Positions 23,901-31,611 of a stretch of DNA of 64,000 nt are shown here, piece after piece. The notes beneath the pieces are model-generated. The model did not search any database and was not told the origin of the DNA. It saw nothing but the letters and a program-made list of their open reading frames with translations. Both the position numbers and the translations under genes were made by a program. Origin of the DNA: Candidatus Thorarchaeota archaeon (lineage in GTDB: Archaea; Asgardarchaeota; Thorarchaeia; Thorarchaeales; Thorarchaeaceae); the NCBI GenBank assembly GCA_016933575.1, contig JAFGAR010000101.1:32001-96000 (forward strand), in the 5' to 3' direction. The first letter of the stretch is position 1; every line of letters begins with the position of its first letter.

Positions 23901-24505
23901 AAGACATTATGGATGAATTCAAACTTCCAGACTATAAACAAGAACTCGATGAATACGAACTAGATGTTTCAATACTCTCTGAAAGCGAGTCTGAAGAAGC
24001 ATGGGCTGCCATGCTCAAGGAAGTCCGGCAAAAGGAGTCTGATGAGGGTCGCAAAGTTCCAATAACCAAAGAGGATTGGATCGAGCGGATTCCATCAGCA
24101 ATCAAGAGTGTCTTCTTTGAGGAAGAGTTGCGGGGATTGGATGTATCCGAATTGGAGCAACTATCGAAACTCAGTCTTGAGGAGGTTCAAGCCATCGTAG
24201 ATTCAATCGCTAAAAATGAGGAGTTGTACTCGTTCACAACTGAAGCAGCGGCTGAAGCAATTGCCTCCGCACTCTCAGATAAGACTGAGATTGATATCGA
24301 AGAGGAAGAAGAAGTCGATGAAGATACAAAGAAGATGCAGCTTCTGCAATTGTTACCAAGCTTCGTAAAGGAATTCTTTTCAAAGACATGGCTTGAAAAA
24401 TTATCTTTAGCAGAAATTGAGGAATTATTGACTATTCCTGAAGCCGACTTACATACTATCGTCAGATCGCTTGCAGAGAGTCGCGAATTTGCAGAAGAAG
24501 AATAG
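11939..24505 (+). CDS. Giant (4188 aa) single-pass cell-surface protein with ~26 beta-rich (probably Ig-like) repeats and an acidic cytoplasmic tail
   Basis: N-terminal signal/TM, S/T/D/N-rich ectodomain, repeats ending in (V/I)IWD, TM at ~23590-23665 followed by RKKY, then a ~275-aa E/D-rich tail. Confidence 0.9.
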   Translation: MIIHRIALKYGLASIFILLFFINAPMILTTGENHQNWTSPQPINPGMAIASDEVDYVDIATSDIDSSPDIGSHSDFVNQQTGPDAVYDTLSEINADPAPTNTENDIDIEASNVDSSPDLGVEGIFANAQGTSLDSSYLGIQEESISQGYGGETGSVLVTGSIPDMADKDQFCLYQAIFWNPTDTIYQVSRVEFNYTGSQWLNAISQGSGVSYPISEWYLSNKQVAYWAGSSPINVQPHTVQSFYITGDSNRINSGFYIDIRITANSTTYIETYHSAQSNGNRPAAQLWLGSTTPPNQIHSISPSTQTTVYVSVEEAANKADILSGGTLTIDVPFGFTSIQDIGGTGWDSASIVGSQITVSNNVLIRASYLTYAFRITSPSTPGLYKLDVSFTDGLYAMPIGNFTIHVTGTPATTEKIDLEYQWTSAMYSAPNEKVCIYIASHSGTETLNANYWNGFSWNSLGSITSTGWTNFTATGLTTSTYTIQLIGNSESSDSSKDTWNIDLITLHTWSTQTYNYKLDLEVQWSSANYTQASEELCIYTGDLDSESIRVDVWTGSDWTNIATDLTANTWNNFSISSWLTSSIFTIRFRGDIETGDLTQSSWEIDCSLIHIWDNSDPQNTASPVISNIDSGNYLYAEYRQYLVTANVTDADGFADIDYLEMTLTSNDRLTEFWTVRFDEDTNSFSEESDPNGYIVLDVASSTYSKTSSEISASFNITITWDHPDVTNADVKCSVYDSNPSSDVDYFEVDWNIETRLDLSSGFSLNDGSGTTNRGDIDGSIIASGTIIYLGSTFHPKDGEIDVWISESEYGSVTGPWEATNYEESGGTFAVTVYADDTVGLDTFTVLAVKEGTGPTGDNNFNSSQTAQYMADRVQVQSFSTDDSRINTNSSASLHILLYYDYDNSYVTDGTVTVNGLTATYSGSNGVWDFSDSQNTAQQVTYNAVTYSDGAHGLTELDMNGQSIAQIWDNIKVASYSTIDAHVDINSDATIDVTIIYEYDDAPVTTGTVTINGISATHQGGGVWRIVQAAGSVQSVTYNSVACSGNIYGITLVDQNDKSQVVVWDRVIVESYSVTDERANINDVVNLTVSLKYEYDSSSITSGTVTINSLPATHIGSGIWQISVSKSSVQSVTYNLVACSGNTYGISEINQNSQSQLIIWDQITVRSYSISNGRVNIDDSVNIDVTLEYEYDDTPVTSGSVSINGNSATHQSAGVWRLIDTKSSLQSITYNTVTCSGNDFDITSVNQNSQSASVIWDTIVVRSYTVVDTRVNLDDSVNIDILLEYEYDDSLVTDGSVTINTIAASYVGSGIWRITESKSSVQSITYDSVICSGNVYEITEVNQNSQSIEVIWDQVVVRSYSVLDARVNIITSVEINFTLEYEFDNSLVTDGTVTLNGISAIHQEDGIWQITQSRSSVLGVTYNNVLCSGNLYGINDVNQNSQSQLIIWDQITVRQYEVTDARVNLDDNVNIEVTIEYEYDDSPVIDGTVTISSYSATHQGSGVWRITQSRSSVQGITYNAVVCSSNILGITSINQNGQSQLVIWDQITVRGYEVSDSRDNVGDNIIVTVELEYEYDDSDVIDGVVTINSVSFIYTGTLGKWSASRMQSSVTDETFDAVSVASNSFGITDVNQNSKSQLIIWDRIQVVTTSVDDARINIGAYCEIRVTLILEYDSTPLGSGDIVTLNGASMTWDASDARFELARQKATVGRWIYFVNSSLETTYGISNINLNSQQVSVIWDSILILTTVVDDARVSINSNVELRVTAQLAFDGHPLESGDSILLDSSSMTWDGVNSWFELARSKSSVGLWNFQVASASETTYGITAVDLNGQSQDVIWDRLNINIVADMDSVPNNIQVNFTMTVAFEYDLVESTSYSVRVYRDNIYWHTFTEPNITSFYDSNSDVTYAYNVTTVNSESIFGITVFVSNIETVIWGGSTAAPVNDNVPVLVNPDDSNYMFARLRFYIITSNVSDLQGYSDIDFVELSLWNNARSSEIWRIRFTESTNTFSIESGSDYIELSTGSSYVKSGNNLDIIWLIKIDWDHLDLSNIDLRQYVIDSSLLSDTNWYEADWNIETRLDYSTNPILSDDRGDLNTNDLECTGIVVYLGSLLHPLANETDVWVLHDISGSWSGILNATGGFAISNIASSSSVRLNTYTIKVVNSGDGFSGTDLYYTTSRTNTFITDRIEFYLSGVEDERINVNNTGVVWWSARYDYDNVTIVTGLVAQMNGSKVLGWDAANSQWYYEEVSQSIAKIGYSLFSATESGFGLTGWTQTASDVLIIWDLIVVRSYSVVNTRVNISDVVSIDVVLEYDFDDSYVEDGTVLINSVAASYQGLGIWRISQSQSIVGSMTYNSVSCINNGYNITLVNQNLQSQSVIWDRILVVSYVVTDNHINVDDTVNIDVTLVFEYDSSSVLTGSVTIDGISATHQGIGVWRIIESKSSIQSITYDTVTCTGNIFGISVVNQNSLFTTVIWDQIVVQYYTVLDTRVNVDDSVSIDVKLVYGYSGSDVTDGSVFVNGLSATHISNGIWRFSDSESAVQDNIYNSVICSGNFFGLTNVDQNGKSATVIWDRIIVQSYDVDDNHVDINTLVYVNVTLEYEYDNSAVLNGVVIIQSTSAIHIGNGVWQISITKSFVQMITLDTILCSSNSYGITSVNQNAQDISIIWDKITVRGYSVSDIRINVDDYAPIDVELEYEYDDSSVTNGVVTINGIPATHIGVGIWRINETSGSIQAHIYNLVVSTGNLYGITVIDQNLQSVTIIWDQIIVRSYLVLDERVNLGTVVNIDITLEYDYDNTDVETGLVTINGNTAAYRGSGVWRISVSESVVTSNTYNVVICSGNAYDITNVNQNGKSVVVIWDQITVRFLTASDPHDNIGSTIIVSITLEYEYDDSDVTDGLVIVNSISFSYTGSNGIWSANRLQNSVTSETFDAVVTSGNTHGITGINLNGQSLVVIWDRIRILTTSVDDSRVNTNSPATVLVTAELEYDGHQLSAGDSLFLDDTLMVWDGPNSRFFLDVTHSVVGQWKYYVNGTGAFESTYGITAIDTRGLTRNVIWDELSITITPDETLVQDFESVSFAIYVEFSYDSSQCTSYILDISRNATSWLSFSYPNRSLFIDVNSNLMYNYSTMNVASESIYGITVFVANTVVVTWSTPTNFAPINNAAPVLQNPDDTNVLYAKLRTYSITSSILDYDGFSNLDYVELSLWDNTRTSEIWRLRFTVSNHSFSIQTGSNYLEISSTSAYLESGYLLNITWIIKIDWDHPDIQNVDVRQYALDQSLASDNDWYESNWKFETRLDYSTGPYLSDDRGDVNTADLQVSGSVVYYGSLLVPLSNETDIWVIHDFSGSWSSDVNVLGTFSISGISSSNVVRLNTYTFKIVVNGTGPSSTDLFYTASLTGTFITDQIVFYISGVTDSRININTQCDVWWKARYQYDGTDVQSGLIAYLNGAYLLSWDSVNARWYYQESRNTAVRREYQVSSATESDFGITLWTQTAPNQAVIWDSLIVTITDPIDQRIDVNTNASGIIVSAVYRYDMTPFDGTIILNNSIFQYSSVQRQYYTVASVFGDAYGITTISVNDMTWCIWDQIEVVSISTNITYLDPSEFARVQIYLCYDFDDAPVLSGMFSLKFEELTHIGDGTWEVNVTRSSYQAVHFDSLTTCNGTVFGISSFDMYGNSRSVYWDRLEFYESSTSDSRINIGSTGFIMWSVKLQTAGIIITSGLIAEVNDGSPLVYIDGYWRSSHILYTVGDATFTIISASLEGIDFFTRSTSDVTVIWDRIRVTTTSATSTNPEIEQYIQIQATLVYEYDNTPVVDGVVSLWDQEGQISMVYNVTGGFWYANLTKVDVGNYSFYISAVSGNQYGITEIDLNGHIVTVQFVPPLLPRLTPMMAFTLFSGFGVVLLASAVLIRKKYLVKVPYEIKQINQALKSMEKNEKVEPLDVKDFETTVFAELEPGLIELDLSLEEILGKISVDETQEYSSLETELDLQDIMDEFKLPDYKQELDEYELDVSILSESESEEAWAAMLKEVRQKESDEGRKVPITKEDWIERIPSAIKSVFFEEELRGLDVSELEQLSKLSLEEVQAIVDSIAKNEELYSFTTEAAAEAIASALSDKTEIDIEEEEEVDEDTKKMQLLQLLPSFVKEFFSKTWLEKLSLAEIEELLTIPEADLHTIVRSLAESREFAEEE
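14551..23570 (+). repeat. Intragenic tandem repeats with a 288-bp (96-aa) core period, in three blocks (11+10+5)
   Basis: Trp-Asp codons at 14840, 15128 and 15416 are 288 bp apart and the spacing continues. Consensus D.RVN..D.V.IDV.LEYEYD...V..G.V.ING..A.H.G.GVW.I.....VQ..TYN.V.CSGN.YGIT.VNQN..S..VIWD. Confidence 0.9.
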
Positions 24506-24591
24506 AGGTGTTCTGTGCGTTTGATGATTATCATTCAAAGCGTACACCTCTCTAATTGCAAATCATAAAATGATAGTACACAAACTTCACA

Positions 24592-26727
24592 CTATTCGTA
24601 GACGACTCTACTCGTTCGTCGCACATACATTATGAAAAGAAACACAATTGCCATTGCAACAAAGTAGGTAATGGGCTCAATAGCTGCTGAAAATTGAATC
24701 TCCAAATTTCTTAGTGCATCAAATAAGATGCTGATTACTTCACCAATTGCTAAAATTGAGATGAAGATCTCAACAAACTCCATGGATTTTGTTCTTCGAT
24801 TCTCCATCTCAGCTTCACGGCGTTCTCTTTCTCTTGTTCTCCGTTCAACAACTCCTGATGCAATATCTGAGAAGAGCGTTTGATGGTGAGAAAGTATCCC
24901 GAGTCTACGCTCAAGATAATTGACCATTCTGTCAACATTGAGATCGTCCATAATGTTCTTCATCAATTCTGCGTGATCACGATAATTTGAGGTGAGAGTC
25001 CCCCGGATTAATTCGATATTCATGTGCGCAGAAGTATCAAAATGAATCACTGGTAATAGCTGTCCTCTGGTTTCACTGATTCTCTTTTCAGCCAACTCTA
25101 ATTCCATTGTTTCTAAATCACGAGCCAAGTCAGAGGTACCTTCAATAAAAGTATCCAAGATTTCTCCTGCAATTTCTATGAAGGTTGAGATGAGACAACG
25201 CAATCTTACCGAGGTTTCTATGGTCTCTTGATATTGAAGTACTATCCATCTTGGGTCATCTGGAAAGAAAAGAATACCATGATTCTCAGTTGTGATAAGC
25301 AAATCAGTAGTGTGTGATCTGATTGGTGCAAGATTCCTGATTCCCATTGGGTCTCTCATGATCCAGTCATCAAGAGCCGCTCTTGCTTCCATCTGACCGA
25401 GTAATAGTCCTTTGTAGTCTGGAAATCGGACAGCTCTTTCGAGAGGTAATAAACTGTCTTCATGATTGCCTCTAGACCATACACCTCTCTGAATAAGGAC
25501 ATAACTATACCAGTTGAGATGCGGGACAAATCTTAGTGATAATCCCATATCCAAGTTCGAAAAGACCTTACTTATACTCGTCACAATTTCCTCAGCAATT
25601 GTACTTAATCTAGTATAGAATCTCCCCTCCCATTGAATGTCAAATTCAGCACAATGTGGTCCACTCAGTGAAAGATATACTCTCAGATCCGAAACTGTCA
25701 ATTCATCTACATCAGTTTCCAAATGGATCGTAGCTACTCCATACCTATAGATTCTGACACTCATTTGAAGTTCTACATCAATCCCTCTGAAATCGATAAT
25801 CAGTGGATTGAGCGTGATAACTAGGTCCTTCATCTTATCTACGCCAAGTACTGTTTCAAAGAGATCTGATAGACTGTCTTCATCAATTGTTTGAATAGAG
25901 ATGCCATGGGTTTTCATTTGGTCAACGAATTCATCATTATCTTCAGTTAGTGAATCATAGATTGAGTTAAGATATTCTGGTTCGCCATAGAAGCTGTATA
26001 GCCAAGTCAATCGATTACCTTTTAGTATTAGATAATCAGGATGTTTCGAAATTATCTCTCGATGGTATTTTAGAAATTCCAAGTAGCTAGCCAGTTCAGA
26101 ATAGGAATCTTCATCTTCTGCTTCAAGAATTCCCTCAAGACATTTCTTAATCTTTATCTCCGATTCTTGGAATATTCTCTCGAATTCAGTTGTTCTTACT
26201 GCAGACATCGCTTTACTGTATGCTGCTACACCATTACCATATAGTTGCCAGGCTGAAAGTTGAGTCTGAAACCATTCAACTAGACTACCTTCAGCAACTT
26301 CCATCTTCGATATGTATTCAAGACCCTCATTGGCAATTGCGGAGAGATTATCCGCAATTTCTACCATCTTATGAGGGTCAACAGAAATTAGAGCATTTTC
26401 AAGGTTAATAGCTGCTTCTAATACACCGCTGAGAGAATTAAGACACATCAATCCATGCTTCTCTGTTTCAGAACAGAATTCAATGCTCTCCTGGATAACA
26501 TCTATGGCCTTTCTTAGGAGACCACGTGCCATTCCATAATCATATGAAGACTCCCAGCGGGAATGCCCTTCGAAGTAATAGACAAATGCTTGGAGTAATA
26601 TCCTAAGAGATCTTTCTCTTGTCAACCCCAATTCTTTCCTTGCCAAAATCGCAGCTGACTCATAGTCACAGTCATCATAAATCTCCAGGATCGGATGAAG
26701 AATATCAAGAAACTCGCGGAATGGCAT
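24592..26727 (-). CDS. Hypothetical protein: helical (TPR-like) N-terminus and CorA-like C-terminal region with 2 TMs
   Basis: Helical N-terminal ~220 aa; long coiled coil (ERRTRERERREAEMENRR) followed by two terminal TMs; no GMN motif. GGAGG RBS. Confidence 0.6.
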   Translation of the reverse strand: MPFREFLDILHPILEIYDDCDYESAAILARKELGLTRERSLRILLQAFVYYFEGHSRWESSYDYGMARGLLRKAIDVIQESIEFCSETEKHGLMCLNSLSGVLEAAINLENALISVDPHKMVEIADNLSAIANEGLEYISKMEVAEGSLVEWFQTQLSAWQLYGNGVAAYSKAMSAVRTTEFERIFQESEIKIKKCLEGILEAEDEDSYSELASYLEFLKYHREIISKHPDYLILKGNRLTWLYSFYGEPEYLNSIYDSLTEDNDEFVDQMKTHGISIQTIDEDSLSDLFETVLGVDKMKDLVITLNPLIIDFRGIDVELQMSVRIYRYGVATIHLETDVDELTVSDLRVYLSLSGPHCAEFDIQWEGRFYTRLSTIAEEIVTSISKVFSNLDMGLSLRFVPHLNWYSYVLIQRGVWSRGNHEDSLLPLERAVRFPDYKGLLLGQMEARAALDDWIMRDPMGIRNLAPIRSHTTDLLITTENHGILFFPDDPRWIVLQYQETIETSVRLRCLISTFIEIAGEILDTFIEGTSDLARDLETMELELAEKRISETRGQLLPVIHFDTSAHMNIELIRGTLTSNYRDHAELMKNIMDDLNVDRMVNYLERRLGILSHHQTLFSDIASGVVERRTRERERREAEMENRRTKSMEFVEIFISILAIGEVISILFDALRNLEIQFSAAIEPITYFVAMAIVFLFIMYVRRTSRVVYE

Positions 26728-26742
26728 CAATCAACCTCCAAA

Positions 26743-27603
26743 TCACTTGATGACTGGTTTTCGAAGCAGAAACTCAGATTCAATACGTTTGTACCCTTTT
26801 AGGTACAAAATATCTAGAATGTCTTGATGGTTGTCCTGAATCCAGAATTCGACAGTTTCTAATTCCAATAATTCCATACATGCATCAAGAACCTGTGGAC
26901 CATAATCTGGTCTAATATTGAACTGGATTTCAGTATGAGGTTTCTTTCTCTTTTCCATCAACATTCTGATATAACCAACAACTAGACCCTCGTTTGTTCT
27001 GAAGATCCTATGTTCCGGTTTGAGAAGTTCTCTCCACGAATCTTCATTCCTTGTACTCCAATATGAATCAGGAGTGAGTTTCATGAGATCTGGAATAATG
27101 TCTTGAGATGGTGGCTCTATCTTAAGTGTACTTTGTCCTTCAGGAATCCATTTCTTTCCTCTCAAATGAAGTTCAACAAAACGAATTCCATAGTCAATTT
27201 TCTCATACAGCGATAATGCTCTATAATTGGTTGTCTTAACACCAATCGCTAGTTCTCTAATATCTGGGTAGTGTTTCTTGAGTATTTTTTCTGACTCTTT
27301 TATGAGATATGTTCCAATTCCCTGTCCCCTATAATCCGGATGAATTGCCAGCTCCCAAATGAATCCCCAACGAAGAATGTCGTTGAATACGTTAATCACA
27401 ACACCAACAATCGTTTTTCCAAGTACCGCGACTCTCCAGAGTCTTTCCAACTCACCACTTTCATAACATCTTTCCCACCACTCTGAGAATCGTTTTTCTG
27501 ATATCTCATCAACACCTGGTAAGCCTGTATTATACACTTCGAAGAATTCTTCTCTCTCATCACTTGAAGGAGCACGGATTCTAACATCTCTCATTAGTGA
27601 CAT
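26743..27603 (-). CDS. GNAT family N-acetyltransferase
   Basis: LAIHPDYRGQGIGTYL, NYRALSLYEK. Confidence 0.88.
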   Translation of the reverse strand: MSLMRDVRIRAPSSDEREEFFEVYNTGLPGVDEISEKRFSEWWERCYESGELERLWRVAVLGKTIVGVVINVFNDILRWGFIWELAIHPDYRGQGIGTYLIKESEKILKKHYPDIRELAIGVKTTNYRALSLYEKIDYGIRFVELHLRGKKWIPEGQSTLKIEPPSQDIIPDLMKLTPDSYWSTRNEDSWRELLKPEHRIFRTNEGLVVGYIRMLMEKRKKPHTEIQFNIRPDYGPQVLDACMELLELETVEFWIQDNHQDILDILYLKGYKRIESEFLLRKPVIK

Positions 27604-27753
27604 TGTTACCCCATAGTGATTGAGTGAAGGCATAGTTAAGAATTGTTTGTCAATCCATATTCAATTAAGAATTAGCATCAAATGAAAGAATCAGTCCCTG
27701 TGCTATTTATGGCTTTTAAATCTTTAACAACTTCAACATCAAGATCATCCACT

Positions 27754-29421
27754 CTAATTTACCTCAGCTTTTGCCATTCGCTCAATACCAATTACATAGA
27801 CAATGGTTCCAATGATTATCAATGGAGTACTCATAATTAGCATGAATATTGGAATATTTGCAGATGCCATGATGAATTCAATTCCAATAAACAGTGAAAC
27901 CATGAGAATTATCATGATTGAGAAAATTGACGCAAATGTATTAACATGAAATGCACTGCTTTTTTGGTTCTCATAAGCTGGATTATTGGCTGTTATACCA
28001 GTACTAAGTAGCACTGCTCCACAGGTAGACCAGTATGTGTACCCCATGATTGCGAGCATTTCAAAAAATGTGAATTCAAAGATGAGAGAAGCTATTATTG
28101 AGGGGAATGTGGCAATCGGTATATTTAGGAGTAATGATTCAGTTATACGAGCTTTGCCAAATTTTCTAACCCCATTTGGAGCTGATCTGATTATCCATAG
28201 TTGGTCTTTTGATTCAAGAAATCCAATACCACCAAATGTGATTCCATTTATCATAGCAAGCATAAGTCCTAACATCAAAACAGTCAACATCAAGATGATA
28301 GTGTGGACAACTTCAGGCGCTTCTTCCGAGAATGAACCAGGACCATATTTGAGAATCACTGGTAAAAGGATAGAGATAGCAATACCGTAGATGAGTCGAG
28401 AAACATTCTGCATCTTTCGGGTGAATTCTTTTATCATATTCACAACAAGAATCCCAAAATTGCCTGGTGAGATCTTCCTTATACCTCTCAGAAAGAAGTT
28501 CTCTTCACCAACAGTAATTATCTTCTCTGTACGAGGTCCTGCTCCAAAGGAGAATATTCTATCAGCTGACGTAAACGCAATTATGATGATTAATCCAGTG
28601 AATGATAGCAAGAGCAGAAGGTCGATAATTGCATCCAATTTCAGAATGCTGAGAAAAATCGATGGTGAAATACCGACACCGTTGAAGATTATAACACTCC
28701 ATGATATGATATCTGCTCCCCACGTAAATGGAAACAAGAGGAATATGTCCATCCCCAGAACTGCTGACATGGAGTTTGCAAAATACATTAGCCCATACAT
28801 CGGAATCAGAACAATAAATGCAACTATCATTGAGAGAGCCTTTGCGATATCATTGCCCCGGGATGATTCGCCAAGTTTTGCTTGAATCGCGGTTGTGATC
28901 AGATTCGATAGAAAAAGGGTGCTCAGAGCAACAAAGAAGATAGTTAGATACATAATCAGCTGCCCAAGAAGACTGACTTCAAAGAATAAAGCAAACGGTG
29001 AGAGTATTATTGGTGCTGCATACATGACAAGGAAACCATAACTAGGGACTTTCCCAAGAAACATGCCAAACATCATATCACGGGTACTCACATTGTTGCT
29101 CAACATGATTTCCCATTGCCCAATGCGTATCTCCTGCATTGCATAGGAAATTGGATAGATTAGGAAGATGACCCATAGAAAAAGCATAGCAGAGCGCATT
29201 AGGCTAGGAAATCCTGCCATAAAGAGAAGTTCCACCTGAACACCTAATCCGCTAAGAATCGATGACATGATTGTTGGCACGATTACAAGAGCCCAAATAA
29301 TTCCAATGAGAAGAAGGCTGATACTTGCAGCTTTCCTGACTCTACGAAGCTTTGCAGTTTGAACAAGGAATTCAGTCTTAGCAATTGCCAGCCATTTCCG
29401 TGTCAGACTTAGTCCCTCCAA
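27754..29421 (-). CDS. ABC exporter permease (multi-TM)
   Basis: About 14 TM segments; overlaps the end of the ABC ATPase gene. Confidence 0.75.
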   Translation of the reverse strand: MEGLSLTRKWLAIAKTEFLVQTAKLRRVRKAASISLLLIGIIWALVIVPTIMSSILSGLGVQVELLFMAGFPSLMRSAMLFLWVIFLIYPISYAMQEIRIGQWEIMLSNNVSTRDMMFGMFLGKVPSYGFLVMYAAPIILSPFALFFEVSLLGQLIMYLTIFFVALSTLFLSNLITTAIQAKLGESSRGNDIAKALSMIVAFIVLIPMYGLMYFANSMSAVLGMDIFLLFPFTWGADIISWSVIIFNGVGISPSIFLSILKLDAIIDLLLLLSFTGLIIIIAFTSADRIFSFGAGPRTEKIITVGEENFFLRGIRKISPGNFGILVVNMIKEFTRKMQNVSRLIYGIAISILLPVILKYGPGSFSEEAPEVVHTIILMLTVLMLGLMLAMINGITFGGIGFLESKDQLWIIRSAPNGVRKFGKARITESLLLNIPIATFPSIIASLIFEFTFFEMLAIMGYTYWSTCGAVLLSTGITANNPAYENQKSSAFHVNTFASIFSIMIILMVSLFIGIEFIMASANIPIFMLIMSTPLIIIGTIVYVIGIERMAKAEVN

Positions 29422-30179
29422 CTAAGGAGTCTTGACTTATCGACCTCGCCGCCAACAATCTTGAGGTATGCATCTTCTAGGTCCTTCCCTCCAACTTGCT
29501 GGATTATATCGGCTGGATCTCCGAGTGTGTTCAAGACACCCTCATTTAGAATACCTATGATCTCACAGACATCTTCTGCAAAGTCAGTCATATGTGTACA
29601 GATGAAGAAAGTCGTATCCATTTCTCTCGCCATTGCTATGATAATTTCTCTGACCAAAACACTTGCGGCAGGATCCAAGCGAGATGTAGGCTCATCAAGA
29701 AACACGAGTTGCGGTTCATGAAGTACCGTTGACGCAACAAGGACTTTCTGCTTCATACCACTGCTGTAACTCTCAAGTAAATCGTTCTGTCTGCCTTCAA
29801 GACCCATAAGCTCAAGAAGACTATCAATTCGTCTATTGAGAACTTCGCCACTCATATCATTCAGTGCACCAATGAACTCCAAAAATTCCACAGCTGAGAG
29901 CTTTGAGTAGAGTCCTGGAGTTTCAGGTAGGAGTCCAGTTTTTGCCTTGATCTCCTCTCTCTGTGTGTGAATATCATAACCACATACAGTAGCATTACCA
30001 CTTGAAGGTTTTAACAAACCTGAGAGTATTCTAACCGTTGTTGTCTTCCCTGCTCCATTAGGTCCTAGAAAACCAAATACACATCCTCTTTTAACTGAGA
30101 GGTTCAAATTACTTAGTGCGATCACATTTCCAAAATTCTTTGAGAGCCCTTGTGTTTGAATAACAGAACCATCCGACAT
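29409..30179 (-). CDS. ABC transporter ATP-binding protein (ABC-2/multidrug type)
   Basis: Walker A GPNGAGKTT, signature YSSGMKQK, Walker B VFLDEPT, H-loop CTH. Confidence 0.95.
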   Translation of the reverse strand: MSDGSVIQTQGLSKNFGNVIALSNLNLSVKRGCVFGFLGPNGAGKTTTVRILSGLLKPSSGNATVCGYDIHTQREEIKAKTGLLPETPGLYSKLSAVEFLEFIGALNDMSGEVLNRRIDSLLELMGLEGRQNDLLESYSSGMKQKVLVASTVLHEPQLVFLDEPTSRLDPAASVLVREIIIAMAREMDTTFFICTHMTDFAEDVCEIIGILNEGVLNTLGDPADIIQQVGGKDLEDAYLKIVGGEVDKSRLLSWRD

Positions 30180-30290
30180 CTAACCAACCCCTGATTGTTT
30201 GATTATTAATTGCTTTAAAGATTTTATAAAAACGCATTCGGACATTCTTGTTTCATCACAATTATATTCAACCAATGCACATTGCCTATT

Positions 30291-30974
30291 ATGGTTCATG
30301 CTATCAGTAATACAATTCATCAAGATCTGATTGCTCATAGCAATCCTATACGTAAGGAGAAGATTGCGGAATATCTGAAGACCTCCTCTTTGGGTTTCAT
30401 TGGTGTTGAATTGCCTGACATACATTTGATGGTGAATACACATATCAAAGGTCTGAAGATTGATGACTTACCTTCCTTGATGGATGCACTTTGGAGTATC
30501 AAGACCTTCGAGACTCGCGTGGCAGCAATTGATGTCTTGAAAGTGTATGCAAAAAAAGGCGATGTTGCAATAGCCCTAAAGATTGCTGACCGGTGGGTTG
30601 AAGATGCTGATACCTGGGGGGTTACGGATCCTCTCTGTTCTCCAACAATTGGGATACTTCTTCTCCGGGACCCTAAAGTTGTTGACACCTTGAAGTCGTG
30701 GAGAACTTCTGAGAACTTCTGGAAACGTCGTTGTTCACTACTACCATATCTATACCTTACATTGAAGACGCAATATAGACCAGAATATAGTAAGAAGATA
30801 CTTGAAGCTGTGACCCCACACATCTCTGATGAGGAGTTTTTTGTTGGAAAGGCAGCAGGATGGGTGCTTAGAGAACTCAGCAAGAGAGACCCTGAATTGA
30901 TACAGGAGTATTTTAAGAGTCATGGTAAAAGGATGACGAAACTAGTAATTAGAGAAGGTTCAAAGAAGCTCTAA
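30291..30974 (+). CDS. AlkD-like DNA alkylation repair protein (HEAT-like repeat glycosylase)
   Basis: LWSIKTFETR, DTWGVTD, WRTSENFWKRR, DEEFFVGKAAGWVLRELSK. Confidence 0.88.
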   Translation: MVHAISNTIHQDLIAHSNPIRKEKIAEYLKTSSLGFIGVELPDIHLMVNTHIKGLKIDDLPSLMDALWSIKTFETRVAAIDVLKVYAKKGDVAIALKIADRWVEDADTWGVTDPLCSPTIGILLLRDPKVVDTLKSWRTSENFWKRRCSLLPYLYLTLKTQYRPEYSKKILEAVTPHISDEEFFVGKAAGWVLRELSKRDPELIQEYFKSHGKRMTKLVIREGSKKL

Positions 30975-30978
30975 GACT

Positions 30979-31611
30979 CTAGTATATCTCTCCCTTTTCC
31001 ATAGCCTCTAAGAATTTCACGCGATTCTCTTCAGATACCGTATTGAGTATGCAGCCAAAATTGGGACAGTGTGAACAACTCCAGTGTCGGAGTGTAACAA
31101 AGAACGAAATAGCCAACACTAGTTGGATGACTACAAATTCCCATCTATCCAATAGGTAGAATATTGGTGCTAGAACAAAGAATCCAGCGAAGAATGCGAA
31201 GGTCGCTTGGCCTGCTCGACTTATCTTGCCTGGTTTATACTTGAACCATTTTGGACTAGCCCAATTTGCCAGACAATAGAACCGATTCTCATTTCCGTGC
31301 TCTTTGCCAGAGTATTCATAGCATGGGCAATGACGACACAGAACATACCATTCTAGACCCCCAGCAAAGAAGAGCATACTGATAATGAAGATGACTAGAA
31401 TCATCAACATACTCTCAGTGAGTACAAATGATCCTAATCCAAAGAATGATCCAATATCAAAGCTCAATCCAAAGTAGCTCACCGAAGATCCTATCATCCC
31501 AATTGCGCCAACTATCATCGGTGAAAAACCTAGTATCATAAACCATCGAGCATCGTTGAAATGATATCTTGCAACCACATCAAAATGCATCTTTTCCTTC
31601 TTCTCAGTCAT
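30979..31611 (-). CDS. 4-TM membrane protein with two Cys/His clusters
   Basis: TM hairpins followed by CRHCPCY...YC and by CSHCPNFGC. Confidence 0.7.
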   Translation of the reverse strand: MTEKKEKMHFDVVARYHFNDARWFMILGFSPMIVGAIGMIGSSVSYFGLSFDIGSFFGLGSFVLTESMLMILVIFIISMLFFAGGLEWYVLCRHCPCYEYSGKEHGNENRFYCLANWASPKWFKYKPGKISRAGQATFAFFAGFFVLAPIFYLLDRWEFVVIQLVLAISFFVTLRHWSCSHCPNFGCILNTVSEENRVKFLEAMEKGEIY

